From sequence record SRR2962707_1184: 64,000 nt of DNA. One strand, given 5' to 3'. The translations under genes were made by a program, and so were the position numbers. Positions within the stretch are counted from its first letter, which is position 1. Every line of letters starts with the position of its first letter. The notes beneath the pieces are model-generated. The model saw nothing but the letters and a program-made list of their open reading frames with translations, did no database searches and was not told the origin of the DNA. Positions 51,020 to 61,524 of this stretch are shown here, piece after piece.

Positions 51020-53686
51020 TTAGCAAGTAACTGGGTTTGGCTTCTCTGGATCTAGACCAAATTTAGCAATTGCTTCGCTAACTACAGATGCATCAATTAC
51101 ACCGTCTTTCGCCAATGCACTCAAAGCAGATACAACGACCCAGTAGCGGTTGATTTCGAAGAAATGACGCAATTTAGCGCGCGTATCACTTCGACCAAAA
51201 CCGTCTGTACCAAGTACGTTATATGTACCTTTCATGAATGGGCGAATTTGATCAGCAAACAATTTAACGTGGTCTGTAGAGGCAATCACAGGACCTTTGT
51301 CTGCCAAGCAAGATTCTACGTATGACTGACGCGGCTCGCTTTCTGGGTGAAGCATATTCCAACGACTTGCGTCTAAACCTTCACGGCGCAATTCATTGAA
51401 AGAGGTCACACTCCAGATATCAGAGTTAACACCGTAATCATTAAAGAGAATTTCAGCCGCCGCTTCTACTTCACGAAGAATAACGCCAGAACCAAGCAAT
51501 TGAACTTGTTTCTTATTGGCTTTCTTCTCATGAGATTTCAGCTTGTACATCCCTTTGATGATGCCGTCTTCGACACCTTCTGGCATGTCTTCATGAGCGT
51601 AGTTTTCATTCATTACGGTTAGGTAATAGAAAACACTTTCTTTCTCTTTGTACATACGACGCAAGCCATCTTGAACGATAACAGCCACTTCATATGAGTA
51701 CGTTGGGTCATAAGAGACACAGTTAGGAATCAAGCCAGCTTGAATATGAGAATGCCCATCTTCGTGCTGTAAACCTTCACCGTTCAGCGTAGTACGACCT
51801 GCAGTAGCACCAATCAAGAAGCCTCGAGCTTGTGAATCACCCGCTGCCCAAGCCAAGTCACCAACACGTTGGAAACCAAACATTGAGTAGTAGATGTACA
51901 CAGGAATCATCGGCAGATTGCTGTTACTGTAAGAGGTAGCCAAAGCCAACCATGCAGAGAATGCACCAGGCTCATTGATCCCTTCTTGAAGGATTTGACC
52001 TTGAGCAGACTCTTTATAATACATAACTTGAGTGTGATCATGTGGCGTGTAACGCTGACCTTCAGAAGAGTAAATACCCAACTGACGGAACATACCTTCC
52101 ATACCGAAAGTACGCGCTTCATCCGCTACGATTGGCACAACACGTTCACCAATGGCCTTGTCTTTCACCATCACGTTTAAGGCACGTACAAACGCCATAG
52201 TCGTAGAAATTTCACGACCTTTTGTGCCGGCAATTTGTGCTTTAAACGCATCCAATGAAGGCACTTCAAGCGCTTCACAATCACGACGACGAACCGGGAA
52301 ATCTCCGTGCAGCTCTTTACGACGCGCACGTAAGTATTTCATTTCAGGGCTGTCTTCCGCTGGGCGGTAGTAAGGCAGATCCTTCAATTCTTCATCGCTG
52401 ATTGGAATACCAAACTTGTCACGGAATTGAGCCAAAGACTCTTCATCCAGTTTCTTCGTTTGGTGAGCTGTGTTTTGAGCTTCGGCCGCTTTAAACATGC
52501 CGTAACCTTTAACGGTTTGCGCCAAGACAACCGTTGGTTGACCTTTATGAGTCGTCGCTTCAGCGTAAGCTGCGTAAACTTTATAAGGGTCATGACCACC
52601 GCGGTTAAGGTTCATAATGTCATCATCAGACATATCCTTAACCATCTCTAGCAATTCTGGGTATTTACCGAAGAAATGCTCACGCGTGTAGGCGCCACCA
52701 TTGGCTTTGTAGTTCTGAAGTTCGCCATCGCAAACCTCGTCCATACGTTTTGCCAACAAGCCTTTGTCGTCTTTTTCAAACAGAGCATCCCAATGGCGGC
52801 CCCATAAGCATTTAACAACATTCCAGCCTGCTCCACGGAACACGCCTTCTAATTCTTGGACAATCTTGCCATTACCACGAACAGGACCGTCAAGGCGCTG
52901 CAAGTTACAGTTGATGACAAAGATAAGGTTGTCTAGTTTTTCGCGACCAGCAAGTGCAATGGCACCCAAAGATTCTGGCTCATCACACTCACCATCACCT
53001 AGGAACGCCCAAACCTTACGGTCACCTTGATCAATCAAACCACGGCTATGTTGGTATTTCATAACGTGCGCTTGGTAGATCGCTTGTAGTGGCCCAAGAC
53101 CCATAGAAACGGTCGGGAACTGCCAGTAATCAGGCATTAACCAAGGGTGTGGGTAAGAAGAAAGCCCTTTCCCATCTACTTCACGACGGAAGTTATCAAG
53201 TTGCTCTTCAGTCAAACGCCCTTCGATGTAAGATCGAGCGTAGATGCCTGGAGAAATATGACCTTGGAAGAAAACCATGTCCGCTTCTTGCTCACTGTCT
53301 GAACCACGGAAGAAGTGGTTGAAGCCAATGTCATAAAGCGTTGCTGCTGAAGAGAAGCTGGTAATATGACCGCCAAGAGTGGAATCTTCACGGTTTGCTT
53401 TCATTACCATTGCCAGTGCATTCCAACGGATTATGGAACGAATGCGACGCTCCATAAACAAATCTCCCGGTAACGGCTTCTCATTTTGAGGAGCGATAGT
53501 GTTACGGTAAGACGTTGTAATGGAGGCTGGCATTGCTGTGCCTGCTTTCGCAGCCTCTTTTGTCAAACGATCCAAAATGTATCGTGCGCGATCAGGACCT
53601 TCTTCTCGAAGGACAGACTCGATTGCATCAACCCATTCTTTTGTTTCGATCGGATCGATATCTTCGAGGATATGCTGCTCCGTCAT
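51020..53686 (-). CDS. aceE: Pyruvate dehydrogenase E1 (homodimeric)
   Basis: DIDPIETKEW, SSYPHPWLMP, GDGECDEPES (TPP motif), GRTTLNGEGLQH, GTDGFGRSD. Confidence 0.98.
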   Translation of the reverse strand: MTEQHILEDIDPIETKEWVDAIESVLREEGPDRARYILDRLTKEAAKAGTAMPASITTSYRNTIAPQNEKPLPGDLFMERRIRSIIRWNALAMVMKANREDSTLGGHITSFSSAATLYDIGFNHFFRGSDSEQEADMVFFQGHISPGIYARSYIEGRLTEEQLDNFRREVDGKGLSSYPHPWLMPDYWQFPTVSMGLGPLQAIYQAHVMKYQHSRGLIDQGDRKVWAFLGDGECDEPESLGAIALAGREKLDNLIFVINCNLQRLDGPVRGNGKIVQELEGVFRGAGWNVVKCLWGRHWDALFEKDDKGLLAKRMDEVCDGELQNYKANGGAYTREHFFGKYPELLEMVKDMSDDDIMNLNRGGHDPYKVYAAYAEATTHKGQPTVVLAQTVKGYGMFKAAEAQNTAHQTKKLDEESLAQFRDKFGIPISDEELKDLPYYRPAEDSPEMKYLRARRKELHGDFPVRRRDCEALEVPSLDAFKAQIAGTKGREISTTMAFVRALNVMVKDKAIGERVVPIVADEARTFGMEGMFRQLGIYSSEGQRYTPHDHTQVMYYKESAQGQILQEGINEPGAFSAWLALATSYSNSNLPMIPVYIYYSMFGFQRVGDLAWAAGDSQARGFLIGATAGRTTLNGEGLQHEDGHSHIQAGLIPNCVSYDPTYSYEVAVIVQDGLRRMYKEKESVFYYLTVMNENYAHEDMPEGVEDGIIKGMYKLKSHEKKANKKQVQLLGSGVILREVEAAAEILFNDYGVNSDIWSVTSFNELRREGLDASRWNMLHPESEPRQSYVESCLADKGPVIASTDHVKLFADQIRPFMKGTYNVLGTDGFGRSDTRAKLRHFFEINRYWVVVSALSALAKDGVIDASVVSEAIAKFGLDPEKPNPVTC

Positions 53687-54619
53687 AGTGTTAATAACCC
53701 CCGCTATTAGGACAGATCTCAAACCTACCAAGGACTTTTATTGTTTACCTTGGAGGCGACTTAAACGAACCAGCGGAATTTATATTAATAACACTATAAA
53801 AACCAGCCGACACGAGAAAAAGCGATACCTGACCTTTGTTTATCGGTATCGTTTTTTCTCTTTATCTAGACAGCGTTGTTATTATTTTAGAATTTGCTAT
53901 CCACTCGACTACCAAAAAGAAATTGGTAGGTTCGTTTCCATATGGGCCTATATCTACTAAGCCCTTAATTCCCTTACTATGAAATTAACACCCCGTTTTG
54001 CAGAGTGATCATAGAAAGTTCAATAAACTGTTCACCACATTGTTTGTCGTTGTCAAAATAGTCATCTGCAAACGCATTCCCTATTTCGATTTGCCAGATA
54101 GTGGGCAAATCGGTGGTTCACTCTTCCTTTATAGGTATTCAAATCAGGCGTAAGGTTAACACCTAATCGCGAAATCGCCTAGACACCTACCTCAAGATTG
54201 AATAACTTCCCCACTATAAAAAGCTCGCACATTCAGCAATAGTGGCCTTTTTTTGACTAAGGCCACTCAGCAAGCCCTTTAAAATACTGGGCGCCAAGGG
54301 AACCATTCACAAAGAATATCCCAATCATAAGCAAAATCTATTTAGGCCAAAGGCGATCATTTATTAAACGATTCTGTCTTTTTTATAACGATCGCTTTGT
54401 TGCGCTTTTGCCTTCTCAACAAGAAATAGAACACTTTATAACCAATCCTTCCTTTCTCTCCACTGCCCATTGCCCCCTTTTATTTTACTAATTCACTTAA
54501 TTCGCCTTTTCATCATTTGAATATCCATGAAAATTGCACAAGTGGGCGCTTCTCACACTGACGACTTCTTAGATTATCGCTACAATGGGCACTTTCTCGA
54601 CATTAGAATAGGAAATAAC

Positions 54620-55465
54620 ATGACACTGTTGAATGCAGATTCACTCGAGCACATGACATCGAACGTCACTTTTGCTTTAAAAGAAGACGTAGGTGCGGGT
54701 GACATTACCGCCCAACTTATTCCAGATGACCATGAGATTACGGCGTCAGTCATCTCCAGAGAATCTGCTGTCTTATGTGGCCAAGACTGGGTAAACGAGG
54801 TTTTCAAACAGCTCGGTCATGATGTGACGCTAGAATGGCACGCCAACGACGGTGATCAACTAACCGCAAACCAACCTTTTTTAACACTAAAAGGCCACGC
54901 TCGTACTATTTTAACGGGCGAGCGCACTGCATTGAATTTCATTCAGACCTTGTCCTATACCGCTACCATTGCACGTCAATACGCAGAAGATATCGCGGCC
55001 ACGAACCTTACTATTCTTGATACACGAAAGACGCTACCAGGCTTACGCAGCGCACAAAAATACGCGGTTAAAGTCGGCGGCGCACAAAATCACAGAATTG
55101 GACTTTTTGATGCCTTCTTGATCAAAGAAAACCACATTATGGCAGCAGGCTCGATCACCAATGCGGTCAACATGGCCAAGCAAATTGCGCCAGGCAAAAC
55201 CATCGAAGTGGAAACAGAAAGCTTGGCAGAGGTTGCCCTAGCCGTGGAGGCTGGCGCCGACATCATTATGTTGGACAACTTTTCCTATGAAGACATGGCA
55301 ACCGCTGTCACCCGCTTTAAAGGACAAGTAAAATTTGAAGCATCTGGTAACATGGATCAAGAAAAGCTAAAACGGGTTGCCCAAACAGGGGTGGATTATG
55401 TTTCCATTGGCGCCCTCACCAAACACGTTCAAGCCATCGACCTCTCTCTTCGAGTCCATAAATAA
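54620..55465 (+). CDS. nadC: Quinolinate phosphoribosyltransferase
   Basis: ED...GDIT, ERTALN, DTRKTLPGLR, HRIGLFD..LIKENH, IMLDNF, EASG; start at ATG 54620. Confidence 0.97.
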   Translation: MTLLNADSLEHMTSNVTFALKEDVGAGDITAQLIPDDHEITASVISRESAVLCGQDWVNEVFKQLGHDVTLEWHANDGDQLTANQPFLTLKGHARTILTGERTALNFIQTLSYTATIARQYAEDIAATNLTILDTRKTLPGLRSAQKYAVKVGGAQNHRIGLFDAFLIKENHIMAAGSITNAVNMAKQIAPGKTIEVETESLAEVALAVEAGADIIMLDNFSYEDMATAVTRFKGQVKFEASGNMDQEKLKRVAQTGVDYVSIGALTKHVQAIDLSLRVHK

Positions 55466-55472
55466 GGAACAT

Positions 55473-56660
55473 ATGATGAGCGACAGTATATTAGTCATTA
55501 ATTGCGGCAGCTCTTCTCTGAAATTTGCTGTTCTGTGTGACGAAGGACAATCCGTATTGCTCGAAGGCATTGCCGATAGACTCGGCTATACCAACAGCAC
55601 TCTTACGTTTAAAAAAGACGGCAACAAAGAGTCTATCCACCTTAAAGAAGGCACTCATAAGAGCGCCGTCGCCGAAATCAAAAAGTGGTTAAGTGACAGA
55701 CCGGCTATTTTGGACAGCCTAACGGGGATTGGTCACCGGGTCGTACATGGTGGCGAGACCTTTAGTCAATCTGTGCTGATTGACCAATCTGTCATAAACG
55801 GCATTGCTGAATGCGCGAATTTTGCGCCCTTACACAGCCCAGCTCATATTATCGGCATGAATGTGGCCATTGAACTCTTCCCGGGCATACCGCAAGTTGC
55901 CGTGTTTGATACCGCGTTCCACCAAACGCTTGCAGCGGAACAGTACCTTTACCCGATTCCTATGGCACTGTATCGACAGCACCACTTTCGCAAATACGGT
56001 TTTCATGGCACCAGCTATCGCTACATTAGCCGCCGTTTGGCAGAACTTGAACCAAACAGCCTACAACAAGGTGTGCTTGTCGCGCATTTAGGCAACGGCG
56101 CCAGCACCTGCGCAATCAATAAAGGTCAATCCACAGACACCAGCATGGGGATTACGCCACTTGAAGGCCTTATGATGGGGACGCGCTGTGGCAGTTTAGA
56201 CCCAAGCCTGCTTTCTTTTATTGCTGAAGCGGAAGGCATTTCCTCGGCCGACGCATTGGATGTATTGAACAAAAAAAGCGGTTTGCTGGGCATCTCCGAA
56301 CTGTCCAATGATTGCCGAACCTTAGAAGAAGCCATGGCACTGGGCAATGAACAAGCCAAATTAGCGCTGGATATGTTTGCCATCCGAACCGCCAAATACC
56401 TTGTTAGCGCCGCCACCACTCTCGACAGCATTGATCATTTGGTCTTTACCGGTGGCATTGGTGAAAATTCCTCCTATGTTCGCGCGGCCATATGCCAACA
56501 ATTAAAAGCCTTTAATATTTACATTGATGGTGATAAAAACTCTTTACGGGGGGCGACGATGAGCATTGAGTCAAAACAGAGTCATGTCAAAGTCTGGATC
56601 ATCCCAACCAACGAAGAACTTATGATTGCTTTGGATACCATCCACTTAATTCGTCAATAA
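55473..56660 (+). CDS. ackA: Acetate kinase
   Basis: VINCGSSSLK, GHRVVHGG, VFDTAFH, YGFHGTS, HLGNGAS, FTGGIGENS, IPTNEE. Confidence 0.97.
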   Translation: MMSDSILVINCGSSSLKFAVLCDEGQSVLLEGIADRLGYTNSTLTFKKDGNKESIHLKEGTHKSAVAEIKKWLSDRPAILDSLTGIGHRVVHGGETFSQSVLIDQSVINGIAECANFAPLHSPAHIIGMNVAIELFPGIPQVAVFDTAFHQTLAAEQYLYPIPMALYRQHHFRKYGFHGTSYRYISRRLAELEPNSLQQGVLVAHLGNGASTCAINKGQSTDTSMGITPLEGLMMGTRCGSLDPSLLSFIAEAEGISSADALDVLNKKSGLLGISELSNDCRTLEEAMALGNEQAKLALDMFAIRTAKYLVSAATTLDSIDHLVFTGGIGENSSYVRAAICQQLKAFNIYIDGDKNSLRGATMSIESKQSHVKVWIIPTNEELMIALDTIHLIRQ

Positions 56661-56701
56661 TTTATATTAACCAACACTCGTACAAGTAGGACCCCTTAAT
56701 T

Positions 56702-58807
56702 ATGTCGACAAACGTGTTAATGACAGTACCGACCGGACCCGGTGTTGGTTTAACATCCGTCTCTGTTGGACTGGTTCGTGCCCTAGAGCAACAAGGTTTG
56801 AAAGCGAGTTTTTTCAAACCCATCGCCCAGCCACACCCAGGCGATAGCGGCCCAGACAAATCAACCGCAATGGTCGCACAAGGATCAACGCTTACACCGG
56901 CCGAGCCAATTCCCTTGCATGAGGCCGAACGATACCTATACAACGACAATATCGAAGAGTTAATGGAAGAAATCGTTGGTCGCTTCCAAGCCAGCGTAGA
57001 GCCAGATTCCACCGTCATCGTCGAAGGTCTTGCGCTTATCTCAGGGCACCCTTATGCAACCCGCTTGAACAAAGCCATTGCGCGAACCCTTGATGCAGGC
57101 TTAGTACTGGTTACCGCCCCTAATAATATGCGCGTGAACGAACTTGAGCATCACGTTGAAATTGCCGCTGGGTCCTACGGTGGCATTAAAGCCCCTGACG
57201 TCATTGGCTGCATTTTAAACAAAACCACTCCGGGTTCATTAGGCGTTAAATCCTATGGTGACTTATTTGCTCAGCGCGGTATTTTTAAACGCAACTTCAG
57301 TCTTCTAGGGCAAATTCCCGTTTCTGAAGAACTCACCTACCCGCGAGTCAAAGACGTTGCAGACTTTTTACAAGCCAAAATAGTCAACGCTGGCGAGATG
57401 GAATCGCGACGTGTTCAGTCCTACACTTTGTGCGCCCGTGGCGTTGAAAACATGCTGGAAGCTTTGCGTCCAGGTGTTCTGGTATTCACCCCTGGGGATC
57501 GTACCGACATCATCATGGCGACCGCCATTGCCGCGCTTAACGACACTAAAATCGCCGCTCTGGTATTAACCGGTGGCTATCAGCCTAGTGACGCACTAAT
57601 GGTCTTGTGTGGCAAAGCCATGGCGAAAGGCTTGCCAGTGCTTTCTGTGACGACCAATAGCTGGGAAACGGCGATCACCATGCAGTCGTTTAACCAAGAA
57701 ATCCCCTTGGACGACAAAGAACGCATATTGACCGTTAAAGAACACATTGCCCGCTGTATTGATCATGACTGGGTCAATTCTTTTGCGATGAACCAAGAAG
57801 AAAGAAAGCTGTCTCCACCAGCGTTCCGTTATCGCTTAATAGAGCAAGCTCGATCCCTCAACAAGCGAATCATTCTTCCTGAAGGTGAAGAAATTCGCAC
57901 GATACAAGCGGCGTCCATTTGCGCTGAGCGTGGCATTGCACGCTGTACGTTATTAGGCAAAGAAGCTGAAATTCTTCGTATTGCACAAAATAACGGCATT
58001 GAGCTTAGCCATGGCGTCGAAATCTTAGACCCTGAGAGCATTCGTGAACGTTATGTTGCTCCTATGGTTGAGCTGCGCAAACATCGCGGACTGACTGACA
58101 TCATTGCCAGAGAGCAACTCGAAGACAATGTGGTGCTCGGTACCATGATGCTGCAAACCAACGATGTTGATGGTCTTGTGTCTGGTGCGATCCACACCAC
58201 CGCCAATACCATACGTCCTGCCCTACAGCTCATTAAAACATCAAAAACAGCGTCGCTAGTCTCTTCCGTTTTCTTTATGTGCTTACCAGATCAAGTACTT
58301 GTTTACGGTGATTGCGCGATCAATCCAGACCCTACGGCCGAACAGCTCGCTGAAATTGCAATTCAAAGTGCCGATTCCGCTACCGCGTTTGGTATTGCGC
58401 CAAAAGTCGCCATGATCAGTTACAGCACCGGTGGTTCTGGTAGCGGTAATGATGTGGATAAAGTGCGAGAAGCAACCGCGATTGCACAACAGCGCCGCCC
58501 AGATTTGCTGATTGATGGGCCTTTGCAATACGACGCCGCCATCATGGAAAAAGTCGCCAAACAGAAAGCGCCTAATAGCAAGGTAGCAGGCAAGGCAACC
58601 GTGTTTATCTTCCCTGACCTCAACACAGGAAATACCACCTATAAAGCCGTGCAACGAAGCGCAGACGTAGTCAGTATCGGCCCAATGCTGCAAGGCATTC
58701 GCAAACCCGTTAATGATTTGTCTCGTGGCGCCTTGGTGGATGACATAGTCTACACCATTGCGATTACGGCCATTCAAGCTGGCCAAACCAACCAAGGTAA
58801 CGCATAA
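56702..58807 (+). CDS. pta: Phosphate acetyltransferase (long form)
   Basis: VGLTSVSVG, FFKPIAQ, TPGDRTD, LPEGEE, DCAINPDP, FPDLNTGN..YKAVQR, PVNDLSRG. Confidence 0.97.
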   Translation: MSTNVLMTVPTGPGVGLTSVSVGLVRALEQQGLKASFFKPIAQPHPGDSGPDKSTAMVAQGSTLTPAEPIPLHEAERYLYNDNIEELMEEIVGRFQASVEPDSTVIVEGLALISGHPYATRLNKAIARTLDAGLVLVTAPNNMRVNELEHHVEIAAGSYGGIKAPDVIGCILNKTTPGSLGVKSYGDLFAQRGIFKRNFSLLGQIPVSEELTYPRVKDVADFLQAKIVNAGEMESRRVQSYTLCARGVENMLEALRPGVLVFTPGDRTDIIMATAIAALNDTKIAALVLTGGYQPSDALMVLCGKAMAKGLPVLSVTTNSWETAITMQSFNQEIPLDDKERILTVKEHIARCIDHDWVNSFAMNQEERKLSPPAFRYRLIEQARSLNKRIILPEGEEIRTIQAASICAERGIARCTLLGKEAEILRIAQNNGIELSHGVEILDPESIRERYVAPMVELRKHRGLTDIIAREQLEDNVVLGTMMLQTNDVDGLVSGAIHTTANTIRPALQLIKTSKTASLVSSVFFMCLPDQVLVYGDCAINPDPTAEQLAEIAIQSADSATAFGIAPKVAMISYSTGGSGSGNDVDKVREATAIAQQRRPDLLIDGPLQYDAAIMEKVAKQKAPNSKVAGKATVFIFPDLNTGNTTYKAVQRSADVVSIGPMLQGIRKPVNDLSRGALVDDIVYTIAITAIQAGQTNQGNA

Positions 58808-58865
58808 CCTGCCATCGATGATGGCTGGTGATTGAATGCCACAGAAATAGGCTAACGCCTTCCCA

Positions 58866-58902
58866 TAACCTGATGAAAGCCATTTCATCAGGTTATTTTT
58901 TT
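58866..58902 (+). terminator. Terminator after pta
   Basis: ATAACCTGATGAAA-gcca-TTTCATCAGGTTAT followed by a T-run. Confidence 0.88.
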
Positions 58903-59085
58903 ATCTGCTGATCTCTCTCGTTTTTTAATGCCTGTCTTTCCTTAGCCGACCCTCAGCGTTTCTAGCTCGTCCATTTGATTGCAAAAATTCACACAAGCAA
59001 GTGGTGTTATTCCACAAATAGGCTAGTGTTTTATTAACGATTAGCAGGAAGCTAACGTCCCTTACCCTCTTCAAGGAGTGAAGAA

Positions 59086-59532
59086 ATGAACCGTCTACGC
59101 GCCCATCAAGGTGGATTTACGCTATTGGAATTAATGGTCGTCATTGCCATTATTTCTATTCTTGCCGCCATCACCGCCCCAACGTTTACCCGTCAAATCA
59201 CAAAAGCAAAACTGGTTGAAGCTCAAAATATAGCCACCCAAAGTCAATCGTTTATTGAGGAGTACATTCTGCTCAACGGGACCTTCCCATCCACCACTGA
59301 GTTCGCTGCCATAGCGCCCACGGTCGCAAGCGATTCTATTGTGAAAAGTATTGCGGTAAGCGATCAAGAAGAAGGCACTGGCAGTGTGACTGTGACACTC
59401 AACAGCGACACCGGCATTAGCGAGGGGAACTATTTCAAATACAGCAGAGATGACAGCAATGATTGGCAATGCGTCTCCGATTTAGACAGTAAGCTCCTTC
59501 CCCCGCAATGCAGCACGGTAGAGGTCGAATAG
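59086..59532 (+). CDS. pilA: Type IV major pilin
   Basis: Class III signal QGG|FTLLELMVVIAII; C-terminal Cys pair WQC...PPQC. Confidence 0.9.
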   Translation: MNRLRAHQGGFTLLELMVVIAIISILAAITAPTFTRQITKAKLVEAQNIATQSQSFIEEYILLNGTFPSTTEFAAIAPTVASDSIVKSIAVSDQEEGTGSVTVTLNSDTGISEGNYFKYSRDDSNDWQCVSDLDSKLLPPQCSTVEVE

Positions 59533-59534
59533 TC

Positions 59535-60485
59535 ATGACTTTAGAGGAGATTTTAGCCAGTGCCATCAAGCTTGCTGCCAGTGACATACACATAGAACAA
59601 ACTGCCGCTGGCATCCATGTCAATACACGACAATATGGCGTCATTCACGTACTGGCGACCTTAGGGGCAGACAATCCATTGATCAATCGTATTAAAATGC
59701 GAGCCAACTTAGACCTGTCTGAAACGCGCAGAACTCAAGAAGGCCAATTCAGTTTTACCTACCAACAACAAACAACGTTTGTTCGCGTAAGCCTTATCGC
59801 CACCATAAAAGGGGAAAAAGTTGCATTACGTCTGCTGCCCGAAAAAACACGCTTCAACCTTGATAGCATAGGACTGCCCGATTCTTTGCAAGTACAGCTG
59901 GTCAATCAATTGGAAAAGCCAAATGGATTAATTCTCGTCTGCGGGGCGACTGGCGCGGGCAAAAGCACAACGCTTTACTCTTGTTTAGATTATTTGAACA
60001 ATGAGAAACGCACTATTTTTACCATTGAAGACCCAGTAGAGCATGAAATAAGCGGACTCTTTCAATGTGAACCAAAGCCAGAAATCGGCCTCAATGCCAT
60101 CCATCTGCTAAAAGCGTTTTTACGACAAGACCCAGACATCATTATGGTGGGGGAAATCAGGGACGCAGAAACCGCCAATCTTGCGATTAATGCATCGTTA
60201 ACAGGCCACCTAGTGTTAGCCACTTTGCATACGAATTCTACGCTGGATGCGATCCATCGCTGCCGCAGCTGGCAAGTCGACTTTTTTTCACTTGTCAGCT
60301 CCCTCAAGCTGATCATCCACCAAGCCATGGAATACCGCTCCAGCAGCCAAAATGCGCTGTTTAGTGGCTTGTTGCCTTTGTGGAAAGAAACCTTGCCAAT
60401 AGATTACCAGCAACTTATTGCTACCCCTTCATTGTGGCAGGCGTATAGCCATAAAAACTCAGGGGGAGCAGATGCCTTGGTTTAG
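59535..60485 (+). CDS. pilB: Short PilB/GspE-family assembly ATPase
   Basis: ASDIHIE, GATGAGKSTT, TIEDPVE, LRQDPDIIMVGEIRD, TGHLVLATLH; only about 316 aa. Confidence 0.85.
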   Translation: MTLEEILASAIKLAASDIHIEQTAAGIHVNTRQYGVIHVLATLGADNPLINRIKMRANLDLSETRRTQEGQFSFTYQQQTTFVRVSLIATIKGEKVALRLLPEKTRFNLDSIGLPDSLQVQLVNQLEKPNGLILVCGATGAGKSTTLYSCLDYLNNEKRTIFTIEDPVEHEISGLFQCEPKPEIGLNAIHLLKAFLRQDPDIIMVGEIRDAETANLAINASLTGHLVLATLHTNSTLDAIHRCRSWQVDFFSLVSSLKLIIHQAMEYRSSSQNALFSGLLPLWKETLPIDYQQLIATPSLWQAYSHKNSGGADALV

Positions 60486-61524
60486 CGTCAAATTTGATGG
60501 CACGACTTACTATCGATACGCCGTATCAGAACGCCGTTTGTTACTGCATTATGTGTCGTTAGGGCAATGGAATATAGATTGTCGACGCTATACACCACGA
60601 CACTTCAACTACAAAACCTTGCTTCTCTTTTTCACTGAAATTAACAGTGCACTGCAAAATGGACTGCAACTTAACGAAGCAATACACAGCCTTTCTGAGT
60701 CCTCCAGTAACCCAATCTTAAATAAAAACTGCTTGGCGATCTGCCATGAGCTGCATACCGGAGAAGCCTTTAACACTATTTTCTCGAGACTCTCAAATCA
60801 ACGCTGCCAGCCTTACTGTCAACTCATCGTTAGCGATGGCTCAAGAGAAGATTGCGAGCAAAGCATTAAAACCTCAATAGAACAACTTACGTCACTTCTC
60901 GCGTGGTCTGCAAAACTGTTAAAAGGCATTACCTACCCCTTTTTTATCATGCAGGTCGCGCTTGCTATCAATTTGCTTCATAGCCTGTTTGCCAGCACTG
61001 ACGCCCCTTCTAATCTTCTACTCAACACAAGCATGTATTTAATAACGAGCTTTGTCCAAGCCATAATAGTGATCAATTTCATCAATGGAAACGCCAGTAA
61101 CTGGTTTGAGACTTTCAACGCAAGCTTTCGCTTAACAAAGTTATTGGCGTTATTGAACGCCAGCCGTAAAACAGGCAAGCCCTTGCAGCAAGCACTGTAC
61201 AAAATGCCTCTGCACTTTAATCACGCCACATTAAAAGAAGAGATTCTTTTTACTTACTACTCGTTACAACTCGGCAACAGCTACCAAACTAGCTTTCCCA
61301 CAAGTTGGTTTCCCAAAGAATCCGCTTTAGCACTCGATGCCGCCAGTCAAAATGGGGACATCGACAGGGCCCTAACATTAGCAGCACAAGAGCATGAACG
61401 ACAATGCCAGCAGGTGATTTATTGGTTTGAAAAGATCGTCCCTGCCTGCTGTCTTTTTATTGCCGCAGGCTTTGTTGTGTCCGCGTTATTGTCCATCTAC
61501 CAACCTTTGTTGGCGCTGTCTTAA
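60472..61524 (+). CDS. pilC: Divergent PilC/GspF platform protein
   Basis: Two GspF-like repeats (QNGLQLNEAI; KTGKPLQQAL), ITYP, C-terminal TM plus IYQP; position in the cluster. Confidence 0.72.
   Translation: MPWFSVKFDGTTYYRYAVSERRLLLHYVSLGQWNIDCRRYTPRHFNYKTLLLFFTEINSALQNGLQLNEAIHSLSESSSNPILNKNCLAICHELHTGEAFNTIFSRLSNQRCQPYCQLIVSDGSREDCEQSIKTSIEQLTSLLAWSAKLLKGITYPFFIMQVALAINLLHSLFASTDAPSNLLLNTSMYLITSFVQAIIVINFINGNASNWFETFNASFRLTKLLALLNASRKTGKPLQQALYKMPLHFNHATLKEEILFTYYSLQLGNSYQTSFPTSWFPKESALALDAASQNGDIDRALTLAAQEHERQCQQVIYWFEKIVPACCLFIAAGFVVSALLSIYQPLLALS

Noticed and set aside
53909..53937. PdhR operator
   Set aside because: Only the half site AATTGGT is present, and there is no adjacent pdhR.
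53520..53960. 146-aa plus-strand ORF
   Set aside because: Antisense to the aceE 5' end, no recognisable motif, and it runs through the structured leader.
53890..54530. CsrB/RsmZ-like GGA array on the minus strand
   Set aside because: About 11 GGA triplets, roughly what chance gives, and no repeated CAGGA(TG) hairpin loops.
58283..58888. 201-aa minus-strand ORF
   Set aside because: Antisense shadow of pta, starting inside its terminator.
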